Below are positions 38,130 to 51,936 of a stretch of DNA of 64,000 nt, one piece after another (position 1 is the first letter of the stretch; every line of letters begins with the position of its first letter). A program made the position numbers and the translations under genes. The DNA comes from Isurus oxyrinchus (Eukaryota): the NCBI GenBank assembly GCA_026770705.1, contig JANJGN010000002.1, positions 22,754,001 through 22,818,000 on the forward strand. The letters run 5' to 3'. The notes beneath the pieces are model-generated. The model saw nothing but the letters and a program-made list of their open reading frames with translations, did not search any database and was not told the origin of the DNA.

Positions 38130-39105
38130 ATTCATGGGATCTGAGTTCACTGGCTAGGCCAGAATTTATTGCCCATCTCTAATTGCCCTTGAGAAGGTGG
38201 TGGCGAGCTGCCTTCTTGAACTGCTGCAGTTCCTGTGTTGTAGGTACAGGGGGAGGCAATGGCGCAGTGGTATTGCCATTGGACTGGTTATCCAGAGGCC
38301 CAGGGTAATGTTCCATGAAACCATTGTCGATTGAATGAAAAATCCATCTGATTCACTAAAGTCCTTTAGGGAAGGGAATCTGCCGTCCTCACCTGGTTTG
38401 GCCTACGTGACTCCAGACCCACATCAACGTGATTGACTCTTAAATGCGCTCTGAAATGGCTTAGCAAGTCACTCAGTTGTATCAAGTCACTAAAAAATCA
38501 ATAAAAAAGGTGGTGGTGAGTTGTCTTCTTGAACTGCTGCAGTCCATGTGGTGGAGGTACACCCACAGTACTGTTAGGGAGGGAGTTCAAGGATTTTGAC
38601 CCAGCAACAGTGAAGGAACCGTGATATATTTCCAAGTCACAATGGTGAGTGGCTTGGAGTGGAACTTCCAGGTGGCGGTTTTCCCATGTGTCTGCTGCCC
38701 TTGTCCTTCCAGATGGTAGTAGTCGTGGGTTAGCAAGGTATTGTCCAAGAAGCCATGATGAGTTCCTGTAGTGCATCTTGTAGTTAGTACACACCGCTGC
38801 CACTGTGCATTGATGGTAGAGGGAGTGAATGTTGTGGATGGGTGGCAATCAAGTGAGTTGCTTTGTCCTGGATGGTGTCGAGCTTCTTGAGTGTTGTTGG
38901 AGCTGCACCCATCCAGGCAAGTGGAGGGTATTCCATCAAAATCCTGACTTGTGCCTTGTAAATGGTGGACAAGTTTTGGGGAGTCAGGAGGCATGTTACT
39001 CACCGCAGGATTCCTAGCCTCTGACCTGCTCTTGTGGTCACAGTATTTATATGGCTAGACCAGTTCAGTTTCTGGTCAATGGTAACCCCCAGGATGTTGT
39101 TATCT
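38130..39105 (-). mobile_element. CR1 LINE 3' region with a nested plus-strand tRNA-SINE (~38248-38495)
   Basis: ORF remnants STIYKAQVR..MEY..LAWM and TTWKF..KPLTI; SINE head ggaggcaatggcgcagtggt. Confidence 0.85.
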
Positions 39106-39417
39106 GGTCTTGTAGTAAGCACTAAAGCCAAGTAATGCAAGAGATACTTCAAGAGGTTGTCCACTGGACCACGAGATGTATCCAGGTGTAATATGCTCTC
39201 CCTCCTACACCGTCTGGGATGTACAGATATAACAGTAATCTATGTGTCAGCCCAAAGTGGGATTTACATACAAACTTCTTTCCCCCTCACATAAAAACGT
39301 TGATATTCAAGCACTTGACTTTTCTCAGTTTTTGAGGCACTTTGGATTTATAGAAACTGAATAAGTGTTTCAAAAAACTTAACGTTTACAGTAATGAGAA
39401 ATAAAAGTGCACTTTAC

Positions 39418-39530
39418 CTCATAATTACTTGCCATAATAAGTTTAGCAAAGTTTCTAGATCCTGCCACATTACAACGTTCTCCAACGTTGACAAAGTTGG
39501 TGTACGGTCCAACTCTAAAAGGTTCAAGAC
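39418..39530 (-). CDS. MTR: MTR exon 13 (113 nt; [38 protein letters not shown])
   Basis: tag/gtaa boundaries, GERCN motif. Confidence 0.96.
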
Positions 39531-41496
39531 CTAAGAAAAAAACCAAAAACCATCATAAAAAAAGACTACTTGAATGTATCTAGAGGCATTGCAGAGTGAA
39601 ACAAATCGAATAAAAGGAGATTTAAAAATAAAAACAATAACTGCTATGGCTATTTAGTGTGCAATACAACATGAATCAAATTCATCTCGAAATGGAATGC
39701 ATTTGCTTCATAACTGCTAAAAGTTAAACCAAATTGTTTTAGATTGGCTCAGTTGGTAGCATTCTTGTTTTTGGGTATGAAGATTTTGGGTTCAAGCACC
39801 AAACTATGGGGGATGCTTTTAGCTGTAGGGAAGTTGGGAGCAGGTTAGTGGACGCAGCACCCGGTCATGCAGAAACCCTGGAAGTCCAGGTTTTCCTACA
39901 TGCTGCAGAGTTGGGACAGAATCTTCTGCTGATAACGTATTTACAAGAGTCAGGACCATTTCCAAGTCGCCACCTTGCATGGGTCTGCAATGCGCCTCCG
40001 GCAGGATCTTCCGGGAGGTGGTCTCCTAACTGGCTGCTTCTGTGTCCGCTGTCCAATTAAAGAGAGTGGGCGGGTACTTGAGGCTACAAGCATAGATAGC
40101 GGACCTGAACCAGGGGACAGCTGGCAATCTTACTAAGAGGTGGGTGCTAATGAAGCAGAAAGGCAAGTATGAGGGCACCTCAAAATGGAGATGCCCACAG
40201 AAGTATGTTTAAAATGCTGAAAATTGAGAGGCCTGTAGCAGGTAAGGCCACCAGACCAGAGGGGAAACTGCTCTGAAGGATTATGCAAATGCATACTTTC
40301 ATTCCCACTGCTCCATGGATAGCATTCTCCGCACCCACCCAAGCCCTGGCCTGCTCCTGAGAGGCTGTCTCCACAGAGCTGCCAAGCTCTGCACTCAGCA
40401 CAGGCTCTGCTCTGATGCCACAAGATCTTAGAGGGAGTCCTCAGCACCTACCTCCAACCCCCATTATGCATTTAATGGCCTAAGTGGCTAACCACCACAA
40501 TCGCTATTCACCCATCTCTGGCAAGATCAGCCAAAGACAGGAACACACTGGGTGCTGACCCAACACCCTAATATCCACTTTTGTTCTCTGTCTTGCTTCC
40601 AAACCCGCCTCCATGGGATTGGGAAGATTCTGTCCACAGCGTGCAACTTTTAGCCTTGACAGATTCCCTGCCCAGAAGTCAACCTGATTGATGGGCTTGG
40701 TTTCCAGTCAGGCAGGATCATTTCAGAGGAGGCTGCAGAATCAGGTGGTCCAATCTTGATGTTGGTGGGGAGTGTTTATATGGGGATGGGGGCTCTAAAA
40801 TTGAGAATGCTTAGGATGCTGAGAAGAAGTATTTCTGCTCTTGCTGGCCTACAATGAGAGCTGTGAAGGCATTTGTCTTTTGTCTAAGGCTGTCCTTGCG
40901 CACTGCAGCTGCAGGGTTTCCTTGAGGTTAAACCTATAGCTTCCAGCATTATTAACATATTTAAAATGTCAACCTGCCTTCTGGGTACAGGTTGACTGCC
41001 CACCAGTTGATGTGCCCCAGTAAGATCTGGAAGTCAGCGTATCGAAACAAGTTTCCGGATGTGCTTGGAGTTTTTGCCCATTAAACACCCTGTCAAGATG
41101 ATGACAATCTCTGAACACTTCTAAAGTTGATAAAAGTAAGTGTAGCCATAGCTGCCGGTATGGAGTAGGAGCCTCTCCCCAGAGGTGGGAATTTAACATG
41201 GCTCCTCCTATTTTCCCAGGCCCCTTGCCTCTAATTCTGTCTTCATGGGGCTGGGGAAATTCAGCCCATTATTTGTACAATTTTGATGACATTTCATTAA
41301 CGAATAAAGTGTATTGGTACCTGAAGGTGAACTTCCTCTCCAAACCTGAACTTTAATAACAATCTTGGGTTTTCTAAATTGGTCTAGTTCTTTAATTACC
41401 CTAGAGTATACCCGACTCTCCAGTTACGGCACAAATTGTACAGGACACAGATGGATTAGTATTTAAACGAGCAAACTAACCTGGTTGTCTATTTAC

Positions 41497-41576
41497 CTGA
41501 CAGTAACATGAATTCTCCAAAAACAGAGGGAGGAGGAATTCTAGGTCTACATTTTTGGACTGCTTCTGCTATTGCC
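41497..41576 (-). CDS. MTR: MTR exon 12 (80 nt; AIAEAVQKCRPRIPPPSVFGEFMLLS)
   Basis: tag/gtaa boundaries, homology. Confidence 0.94.
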
Positions 41577-41884
41577 CTAAAAATGCAACAAGATGCAGAA
41601 CACTTATTAAATAATAAGAATAATTCACATTACATAGTATTATAAAGCATTTACAGCAGAGATACGAGCCATTTGGCCTAATAGGTCAATGCTGGTGTTT
41701 ATGCTCCCCGCAAGCCGCCTCCCACCTTCTTCATCTAATCCCATCACCCTCTATTCCTTTCTCTGTCATGTGTTTTTCCAGCTTTCCTTTAAATACATTT
41801 ATGTTATTCACCTTAACTACTCCGTGTGGTAGTGAGTTCCCATTCGAACCATGCTCTGGGAAAAGAAGTTTCTCCTGAACTTCC

Positions 41885-42220
41885 TTAAATAGAATGGAAA
41901 TATATGGGAAAAGAAAAATCTATATAAATTATTGGAAAAAAAGGGGGATCAGAAAGGGGGTGGGGATGGAGGGGAGAGTTCATTATCTAAAATTGCTGAA
42001 CTCAATATTCAGTCCGGAAGGCTGTAAAGTGCCTAGTCGGAAGATGAGGTGCTGTTCCTCCTGTTTGGGTTGAGCTTCACTGGAACATTGCAGCAGGCCA
42101 AGGATGGACATGTGGGCTTGAGAGCAGGGTGGAGTGTTGAAATGGCAAGTGACAGGGAGGTCTGGGTCATTCTTGCGGACAGACCGAAGGTGTTCCGCAA
42201 AGCAGTCACCCAGTCTGCGT
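41885..42220 (-). mobile_element. Penelope-like element GIY-YIG 3' fragment
   Basis: Near-identical to 53010-53190 and to the reverse complement of 53230-53550. Confidence 0.8.
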
Positions 42221-42229
42221 TTGCGTACA

Positions 42230-42900
42230 TAGTAAACAACAATGGTCCCAGCATCAATCTTTGCTGAACACCAATTCCTGCTTCTTTCTAGTTTAACTAT
42301 CTTTAAATCTTATTGTTGGTTTTCTGTTTTGTAGTCAGTTTGCTATATATTCTGCTATCTGTCCCCGATTCCATGCATTCTAACCAGAGTCATTATTCCA
42401 CATGAAGTATCTAATGAAGGCATTTTGAAATAATACGTCAACTGCATTACACTCATCTGCCCTTTCTGTTCCTTCTTCAAATAATTCCATGAAGCTGGTC
42501 AAGCATGACCCCTTTTGAAACCCATATTGACTATTTTTTATGATACTTTCAGTATCTAGATGTTTTCTATTCAGTAAGGATTCCATTACCTTTCTAAACA
42601 CCAATATTAAGCTCGTTGGTCCATAGTTTCCTGGATTTGTTCAATCTCCCTTTTCAAATATCGGAATGATATTAGCTGTCCGCAGGCCTCTCACTCTATA
42701 CTCTTTCCTAATGAACGTTTATATATATGCATTAGTGCCTCTGCTATTTCTTCCCCAACTTATTTTAATACACGCAAATGCAATCCACCCTCTTTCAAGT
42801 TTGTTTAGTTTACCAATTATCTCTCCTATCTTAAATGGCTTTATATATTTTCGATATCCTCTTCTAATTTCATGCCCATCAAATACTGAAGCAAGTAATT
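42230..42900 (-). mobile_element. Decayed CR1 RT fragment
   Basis: SQYGFQKGSCLTSFMELFEE...AVDV. Confidence 0.7.
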
Positions 42901-43441
42901 TTTAATATTTCTGCCAATTACATAGTTAAAATTAATACATGGATGCAATAAAGATGAAATGAAGTTACTCCAACTGTCCAGAAGACAGGGAGATAGCAAT
43001 CTGCATATTTTCTTGCATTGCACTCACTTGAACCCTCCCTGTGAATAAAATGCCCAAATGAGAGGAAGACAGAATGGCTTGTAACCAGGTCAAGATTTTT
43101 ATAAAGAACCACCAAGACAACATTTTATCCTGTCCTCTGAGAAAGCACTGGTTATGTCGATGCCCAGCTATTCAGGACCACGAATGTACTATGCGGAAAA
43201 TCAGTAATATTGACTTTTGCTTTATCAACCTGCAGCAGAATTAATCAGGCTATCTACAAACTGCACAACTTCACTGCCCACAATTCTACTTTCTTTTCTA
43301 CCCCACAAGTAGCTTCATAAAATTTGAGTAAATAGAAACAAGTTTCCACTCAAAGAAATTTGCGTTGCCTCCTATGCAGTTCATGACCACAAAAATTGCA
43401 TTTTGAACTGTTTTCAGCAAACCATGGAATTCAACAATTAC

Positions 43442-43509
43442 CGGATATGAGCTGGAGTCGTTCCACAGCACCCTCCAACAATGTTTACTAGCCCATCCAT
43501 GGCAAATTC
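43442..43509 (-). CDS. MTR: MTR exon 11 (68 nt; [22 protein letters not shown])
   Basis: cag/gtaa boundaries, Zn-ligand GGCCG. Confidence 0.96.
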
Positions 43510-46014
43510 CTGCAAAACGAGACCAGGTATGACAAACTAATCAAATCTACAATTAAAGATCCAATTGTTTTAACTAAACTTACTACTGAACATTAAAAAA
43601 ATACACATATCAACATAGGCTTCTGCTGCCAACACTTGCATGCCTGGTTATTCAAAATACATAGGATTGGCACATAAAATCTATTTTGGACAATGTGGTT
43701 CACAGTTGACTAATTTAAAAGGTTCTGCGGCAATTCAAGATAGATTACAATTGCAAAATTTTTGCATGTAGGGGGCTTCTCGTTCACATACTATCTGATG
43801 CACTGATGCTGAGTTGGAAGTCACACTGGATAAAATGAAGTAAAACAGGTCTATTCCTTTGGACAGCAAAAGGTAACCTGCTAACAGGGTGAAAACTGTC
43901 ACCAACACCCAGAGGACCTGGCTCCAAATGCAGAAGATGGCAGACATGGATAAAGATGCAATGGTATTTCTGCAAAACAGCTTCCTATGCCAAGTAGCAA
44001 TCTCAAATATACATGGCATTAAGTATTCTTCACACTCAGTTATTCTTTTTCGGATATCTAAAATACTTAAACAACTGTACAGTTCTTTGAATGTATAGGA
44101 ATACTGCAGCAGGACACAGATAAAAACTGCAACTTACAACTGAAACATCTATCACACTTGAATCTTAAATGGGTTTCACAGAGCAAACCATTCTAATGCA
44201 GCCTAACTGCATGATGCAAGTTGTTTATCTGATACACAAAATGATGGGCACCTTGTATATCACCATGTGCTTTATTCATTCACAACTCTGCAGGACAAAA
44301 ATAGCTTCAATAAAATTAAACAAAAATTATAGAAAGGGTCACAGACATAAAGCCCATAACATCTGTGAAAGAGAGCATTTTGGATTTTAATGGTTGTGAG
44401 CGTAGCGGGCATAGGAGAAATGGAAGCCAGAGGGCTCTTCTAAGCTGGAGACAAGTACTATTCTGCTTTTACATCTTGTCCTCCTTAATCACTCTCAGAC
44501 ATACACTTGACCACAAAACCATCACACATAAATGTATTTCAACACAAACTGTGTGTTGACAGTGCCTTTTACAGCCTGCATTGTAACATGTATGTTTTTG
44601 CTGGCTTGGGAAAACTGCTTGTATCTTCAGTACTTCTGAATAAGACGGTGCCCAACAGCAACCTGCATTATTCACACAAATTTCACAAACAATAACGACA
44701 GACAGCCCTAAGGATGTAGATAGTGAGATTGAGGGTGTGGCATTGGATAACTCAATACACAGGTGAGAAAGGGCAGGAACCTGTTGGCTGGATAGCTCCC
44801 TTGGCCCCTTTCTCAAGTGCAGGGCCTACGGAATTGAACCTCATAGAGCCTGCACATAAAGAGTTTAGATGACTTACTCAAACAGCAGTCAGATGATTCT
44901 GTTCAAAAACCCTGGAAGTTCTCGCTAGGAACAATATTGAACATGCTAAGGAATTTGGGATTTCAGAGTCCCATATGTACGATGCACAACTTCTGTCAGT
45001 TACAACTGCAGGAATTAGACTAGCAAATTAACACTAGTGCTAGTGTTGATTCACTAATTTGCAATTGCAGTGAAGAGTTCTGTTATAAATGTATACCTGC
45101 AGGTAGTAAAGCAACAATAATTGCACAGGTTACAACCATACAGACCAGAAACAGTGGAATCTTGTTGAGGCATTGGGGATCTTGCTTGCCACCTCGACAG
45201 TCGGCAGTAGAGACCTGCGGTGCCTCTTTTGGGAAAGGCTTGCCAAACCACAAGCCAATCAGGCAGTAATAAGACCGCTATTGAGCTTTCTCGTGAAATC
45301 AAGACCCTAGAAGTCTTGCCTAGGTTTTTTGGGGGGGGGGGGGGGGGGGGAGAAGAGGCAAGGGCAGGGGTGTGGCTCACAGCGGGAGCCCCCACCACCT
45401 TCCCAATGTCCTCGAACAGGCACTGAGTGAGCGGATAAGTATCTCTCATAATTTCACCTGTCATGCAGGCCTGCTTTCAGCTGGATTAATGGGAGCAATG
45501 GGATGAGGCCGTTAAGTGATCATTAATTGTCCACTTAAGGGCCTCAATTGGCAGCGGGGCAGGAAGGTCGACCCTGGGCGGAGATAGGAGGTTGACCATT
45601 GGTAGAGGGGGAAATGTGGCAGGTTTCAGATGTTCCAACCACACTACCTAATTACATGCCCTTCCTGCCTCCAAGCTCACCACCAGCAAAAGCAGAAGGT
45701 TTTTGCCCTTAGTTTATACTGAGTTAGCTAATTGCCAGGGCCACATTACCAATAGGTTAGAAAAGGAGGAGGAAAATTGAGGAGAAATAAAAACAGCCAG
45801 GGTTTCCACTTTTCATCCACATCTATTGGTATAAAGGAGGTGTGGTGGAGACAGAGTTGCTTTTAGCTATGGTACAGCCTGGTAGTTAAATTTCCTGCTG
45901 ACTATTTAGGCTCATACATTAAACAAAGCCACTTTGCCATGGTTCATCTCATCATATGCCTGCATGAGAAAAGGGACAAAAATTGAGAATAAACAACTGG
46001 ATATAAAAGACATG

Positions 46015-46252
46015 GGGCAGAATTTTACAACAGTGGGATTTTATGTTCCCACTGAAGTCAATGGGATTTAAAACAAAAACAGAATTACCTGGAAAAACTC
46101 AGCAGGTCTGGCAGCATCGGTGGAGAAGAAAAGCGTTGACGTTTCGAGTCCTCATGACCCTTCGACAGAACTTGAGTGAGTCCAAGAAAGAGTATGGCTC
46201 ACCGCATTTTATGGCCCCGTCCCCACCGAAATGGAGTGGTAAAATTCTGCCC
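46015..46252. mobile_element. Short Harbinger-type MITE interrupted by a Penelope terminal unit (~46070-46175)
   Basis: Perfect 14-bp TIR gggcagaattttac / gtaaaattctgccc. Confidence 0.7.
46135..46172 (-). ncRNA. Minimal hammerhead ribozyme-like motif (variant core), sense to MTR pre-mRNA
   Basis: Minus strand: AGUU-CUGUCGA-A-GGGUC(AUGAG)GACUC-GAAAC-GUC-AAC. Confidence 0.55.
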
Positions 46253-46291
46253 TATGATTTAGAAGATAAACTTCAAAGTGATGAACAGTAC

Positions 46292-46353
46292 CTTCAGGTG
46301 TCTTGCAATGACTTCAGGGGTTTCATCATAGCCTCCGAATGCGTTAGGGAGAC
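46292..46353 (-). CDS. MTR: MTR exon 10 (62 nt; GLPNAFGGYDETPEVIARHLK)
   Basis: tag/gtac boundaries, homology. Confidence 0.95.
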
Positions 46354-46870
46354 CTAAAGTTAAAAAAAATACAATGGACATATGTTTGATTCTTAAGAAC
46401 ATAAATCTTGAGCTAGACATTTCTATTAATTAGTTATCTAAAGGAGAAATATCACTGATAGGTGCCTTTCATTCATGGTCTATTTTTCCACCAGTCTTCA
46501 TTTACAATACTTCTTCATTGACACAATGGATGGTGAAATTGTTAATGTCAAGAAGTTTAGAAAGGGTAAAAGGAAAACTTAACAAGCACAAAATTCTGGA
46601 TCTGTAGACAAGAGAGAGCCTTCCCTACTGATGTTGCACATTATAACAGCTCCATATGTAGTTTCCCCTGGACAAACCTCCCATTTCAGTCCAGCCAATG
46701 TTCTTCCCTTGTCTCCTCTCCTGAGGACATTGGTTCATTTCTCTGGTAGGGCTTCACAAGCACTAGTCTCCAGTATGGCGATCAAGGATTTCAGGAACAT
46801 ATAATCTACGTTGACTTTTCAGTACAGTAGAGGGAATGCGTTGTCAGAGATGCAAAAGAAATGTGCAATC

Positions 46871-49800
46871 AGAACATCCGAATTAGGAGCAGGAGTAGGC
46901 CACTTGGCCCCTCAAGCCTGCTCCGCTATTAAGGTCATGGCTGATCTGATTTTAACCTCAACTCCACATTTCCACCTACCCCAGTAACATTTCACCCCCT
47001 TGCTTATCAAGAATCTATCTACCTTATCCTTAAAAATATTCAAAGACTCTGCTTCCACCACCTTTCAAGGAAGAGAGTTTCAAAGACTCCTAGCTCTCCC
47101 ACAAAAAGAAACATCCTCTCCACATCCACCTTGTCAAGACCCCTCAGGATCTTATGTTTCAATAAAATCACCTCTTACTCTTCTCCAGCGGATACAAGCC
47201 TAGCCTGTCCAACCTTTCCTCATAAGACAATCTTCCCATTCCAGGTACTAGTCTAGTAAACCTTCTCTGAACTGCTTCCAATGCATTTACATTCTTCCTT
47301 AAATAAGGAGGCCAATACGTACACAGTACTCCAGGTGTGGTCTCACCAACGCCCTGTATTATTGAAGCATAATCTCCCTACTTATATATTCAATTCCCCT
47401 CACAATAAACAATAACATCTTATCAGCTTTCCTAATTCCTTGCTCTATCTGTATACTAACCTTTTGCGATTCATGCACGAGGACACCGAGATCCCTCTGC
47501 ATCTCAGAGCTCTGCAATCACTCACCCTTTAGATATTATGCTTCTTATTCATTCTTCCTGCCAAAATGAACAACTTCACATTTTCCCACAGTATACTCCA
47601 CTTGCCAGAATTTTGCCCACTCACTTAACTTATCTATATCCCCTTTGCAGCTTCCTTATGTCATCTTCACAACTTACTTTCCTACCAACTCTGTGTCTTC
47701 TGCAAACTTAGCAACCACGCCTTTGGTCCCTTCATTCAAGTCATTTATATAAATTGTAAAAAGTTGAGGCCCCAGCAATGATTCCTATGGCACACCACAT
47801 GCTACATTTTGCCAACCAGAAAATGACCCATTTATGCGTACTCTGTTTCCTGTTAGCTAACCAATCTTCTGACCATGCCAACATGTTTCCCCCTACACTG
47901 TGAGCTTTTATTTTCCACAATAACCTTTGATGTGGCACTTTATCAAATGCCTTCTGGAAATTTAAGTATAGTACATCCACTGATTCCTCCTTTATTCACA
48001 GCACATGTTATTTCTTCAAAGTACTCTGCTATAATGTCTTTAATAATAGCTTCTAACATTTTCGCTATGACAGATGTTAAGCTAACTGGCCTGTAGTTTC
48101 CTGCTTTCTGTCTGCCTCCCTTTTTGAATAACGGAATTACATTTTCTATTTTCCAATCTAACGGGGCCTTCCCTGAATCTAGGGAATTTTGGAAAATTGA
48201 AACGAACGCATCAACTATCTCACTAGTCACTTCTTTTAAGCCCCTAGGATGAAGTCCATCAGGACCTGCGGACTTGTCAGTCGACAGTTGCAGCCATTTG
48301 CTCAGTACCACTTCCCTGGTGATTGTAATTTTCTTGAATTTCTCTCTCCCTTCCATTTTCTGAAGTACAGCTATTTCTGGAATGTTATTTGTATCCTTTG
48401 TAGTAAAGACCAATGCAAACTACTGTTCAATTCATCTGCCATCTCCTATGTTCCACTATTAATTCCCCAGACTCACTTTCTATAGGACCAACGCTCACTA
48501 TGTTAACTTTTTCTTTTTTAAATATCGATAGAAACTCTTAATATCTGACTTTATATTTTTAGCTAGCTTTCTCTTGTACTCTATTTTTTCCCTCCTTGTC
48601 AACCTTTTAGTCATTCTTAGCTGTTTTTTTATATTCTGTCCAATCTTTGCACAATTATATGCTTTCTCTTTAAGTTTGATACTATCTTTAACTTTTTTAG
48701 TTAACCACAGATGGTGGGTCCTCCCCTTGGGATTCTTCTTTCTCGTTGGAATGTTTATATTCTGTACATTCTGAAATATCCCCTTAAATGACTGTCACTG
48801 CATCTTTATTGACCTATACTCTAACCTATTTTGCCAGTTCACTTTAGCTAGCTCTGCATTTATGCCCTCACATGCCCTAATTTAAGTTTAAAACACTAAT
48901 CTTGGGCCCACTTTTCTCTCCCTCAAACTGAATGTAAAATTTAATCATATTATGATCACTGCTACCTAGGGGCGCCTTCACAATGAGATCATCAGTTAAT
49001 CCTACTTCGTTACACGAGTCTAGCATAGCCTGCTCTCTGGTTGGCTCCAGAACGTGTTGTTCTAAGAAACTGTCCCGAAAACATTCCAGGAACTCCTCAT
49101 CTAAGCTACTTTTGAATTTTCCAGTCTATAAGTAAATTAAAATCCCCCATTATTATCGTCGTACCTTTCTGACAATCTCCCATTATTTCTTCCTTTATGC
49201 TCTATACTACCTTGTGGTTACTGTTAGGGGGCCAGTACACCACTCCCACATATGTACTTTTCACCTTTACCATTTCTCATCTGAACCCACACCACTTCTA
49301 CATCCTGGTTTCCTGAACTTAGGTCATCCCTCTTGAATGTGTTAATACCATCCTTAATTAACAGAGCCACCCCTCAATGTCATGTACCCTTAAATATTCC
49401 GATCTCGATCTATGTCATCCTGTAACATGTCTCTGTAATGGCTATCAGGTTGTACTTATTCATTTCTATTTGCGCTCTCAGTTCATTTGTTTTGTTTCAA
49501 ATGCTATGTGCATTCAGGTACATAGCCTTTAGTTTTGTTATTTAATACTTTTGTAACATCTAGCCTTGACTGCTAATTTACTCTTGGGTTTGAACGCGCT
49601 ATCCATTCCTATCACGTTCTGGTTATCATTTCCCATATTAATACCTTTCTCTCTTGCCTTGTTTCTGCTTTTTGATCTACACATCTTCCCAAATTTGATC
49701 CCTTGTCCCCACTATTTATTTTAAAAACCCTCTTTACTTCTCTAGTTGTGAGGCTCACTATAACATCAGCCCCAGCACAATTCAGGTGAACATCATCCCA

Positions 49801-51078
49801 ACGGTACAGCCCCCACTTTCCATAGTACTGGTGCCAATGCCTCACAAACAAAAAACCACTTCTCCCAAACCAGTCTTTGGGCCACACATTCATTTCCTTA
49901 ATCTTATTTGCTGTATGCCAATTTGCATGAGACCCAGGTAACAAATCAAAGATTATTACCTTTGCAGTTCTGCTTCTTAATTTGGTGCCTAGCTCCTCAT
50001 ACTGACTATGCAGAATCTCCTTCCTCATCCTGCCTATGTCGTTGGTACCTACATGGGCCATGATGACTGGATCCTCCCACGCCCACTGTAAGTTCATGTC
50101 CAGCCCTGAACAGATGTCCTGAGCCCTGGCATAGGCCATCTAGACTCTCGCTCTTAGCTCCAAAGAACTGTGTCAATCCCCCTCACTATACTGTCCCCTA
50201 CTTCTATTACATTCCTTTTTGGTCCCACCATTTGATTGATGTCCTGTACCACGATGCCAAGGTCAGTTAGCTCATCCAGCCTGCAGCCCCCACTAATTTC
50301 CAAATAAGCTGAAGGAATCTCAAATCTGTTAGACAATTGCAGAGATAAAGGCTCCTGTCCTCTAGGTCCCCTTAGTTGCCTCATGCGCACCCTCATATTC
50401 CTGACCACTGACCAAATCAGAAGACCCTATCCTAAGGAGTTTGACCGGTTCCTGGTACAAAGCATCCAGGTAACTTTCCCCCACCCTGATGTGTCACAGT
50501 ATTTGCAGCTCCAGCTCAATGACTCTGAGCCTAAACTCCTCAGGCCGCACTTCCTGCAGACCCGTTTGCCCTGGAGCTCCCACATGCTGCAGCCTTGACA
50601 CATCACTTGCCTTGCCATCCTTATTGCATTTTAATTATTTACTTAATTATCTTATTCAATTATTTATTTTCCTTTTTATGTATTTGATTAACCTTACCGC
50701 CAGTTCCTGTACTATTTTTTACCTTAGGAATAGAATAGACCTTAACTACTTACCAGATACTTACCAAGCAGTTAGGTTCTTCCCCAACCAATCAAACTGC
50801 TTCTTTGTTGTGACGTCACTATTTGTTTTTTTTTCACTCTTCTTTCAAACTCAGCACAGTCTGGTTCTGAGCAGCTGACTGGTGTGACTCTCCAATTCCT
50901 AGGTATGTGTAGGCCTTAAGGCTCAGTCCTGCATTACATTCTCTCACTCCGGGCTGGTTCCTCGCAGATCCGCTGCCTCTCCGACTCCCAGGCAAGTGTA
51001 GTCCTCAAGCCTCGGTCCCGATTTACATTCTCCTACTCTGGCTGCTTCCTTGTAGGTCTGCCGCCTCTCCAACTCCCA
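46871..51078 (-). mobile_element. HER1-like CR1 LINE, near full length, decayed
   Basis: ORF1 with Cys pairs (CQGC...CRKC) and SGNH esterase (VGDSIVRG, HVGTND, DDVHLN); ORF2 RT (GPDGLHPR, NYRPVSLTSV, YLNFQKAFDKVPH); typical 3' tail. Confidence 0.9.
50888..51078. repeat. ~88-89-bp tandem repeat (~2.2 units) at the CR1 5' end
   Basis: ctctcc(a/g)a(t/c)tcc motif recurs at 50888, 50977 and 51065. Confidence 0.75.
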
Positions 51079-51079
51079 A

Positions 51080-51380
51080 TCTTTTAAATGAAAGATTAAA
51101 CCAAGGCACAGCCTTCTACTCAGGTGGATCTAAAAGGTACAGGGCGTAATTCAAGCAAAATCAGGGGGTTTTCCCCCATGTCCTAGTCAATGTTCCTCCC
51201 TCAACTTCACCAAAAAGAGATTAACTGGCCACTCATTCGCTTGCTGTTTGTGGAAGCTGGTTGCCCCAAAATTGGCTTTAACATTACAAGTGAATGCACT
51301 TTAAAAGTAGTCTACTGGTTGTAAAATGTACTAGGATTGCCTAAGAATACGATAAAGCATAATATAAATGTGAGCACTTT
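51080..51380 (+). mobile_element. Deu-domain SINE, partial
   Basis: attaaaccaagg...tcaggtggatctaaaag...gctgtttgtggaagct...tail. Confidence 0.65.
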
Positions 51381-51774
51381 TTCTGTGCTTTGTCCAATAT
51401 TTATCTTTAAACCTCGATCATGTGCAGAAACCACTGCGAAGTTTCCTCTTTCTAACATAGAGGGCAATGACCCTTTTAGCACACCAACTGCTAACTCAGC
51501 TGAGATGAGGCCAAGAATCAAACCTGGGAGCTTCCCAGTCTGTATGGGTTACTACTCACTGAATAACAGCATCTGGAGTCTCACAGGGAATTCTCGCAAA
51601 TGGATGTCTGCAGGATTTAACCGAATAATGCAAAAAATATATATGAAACTAGTAAGGAATTCACAATGTGAGTGCCCATTAATGTTATGTTAAGGATGTT
51701 TGAGGCTACATCCTGGTTAATTTGTCTTGAAATCATTTATAGTTTACTCAACGCTGTCCTGCTGCTTTGATCTA

Positions 51775-51936
<162 letters not shown>

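Noticed and set aside
39800-41270. GC-richer block with MITE-like ends (ggggaaattcagccc)
   Set aside because: Probably one or two decayed Harbinger-type elements, but matching TIR pairs and TSD could not be fixed
43700-45710. Possible ancient transposon and a poly-G tract (45331-45350) as a G-quadruplex
   Set aside because: No definable ends or coding motifs; homopolymer lies in a decayed repeat and its length is unreliable
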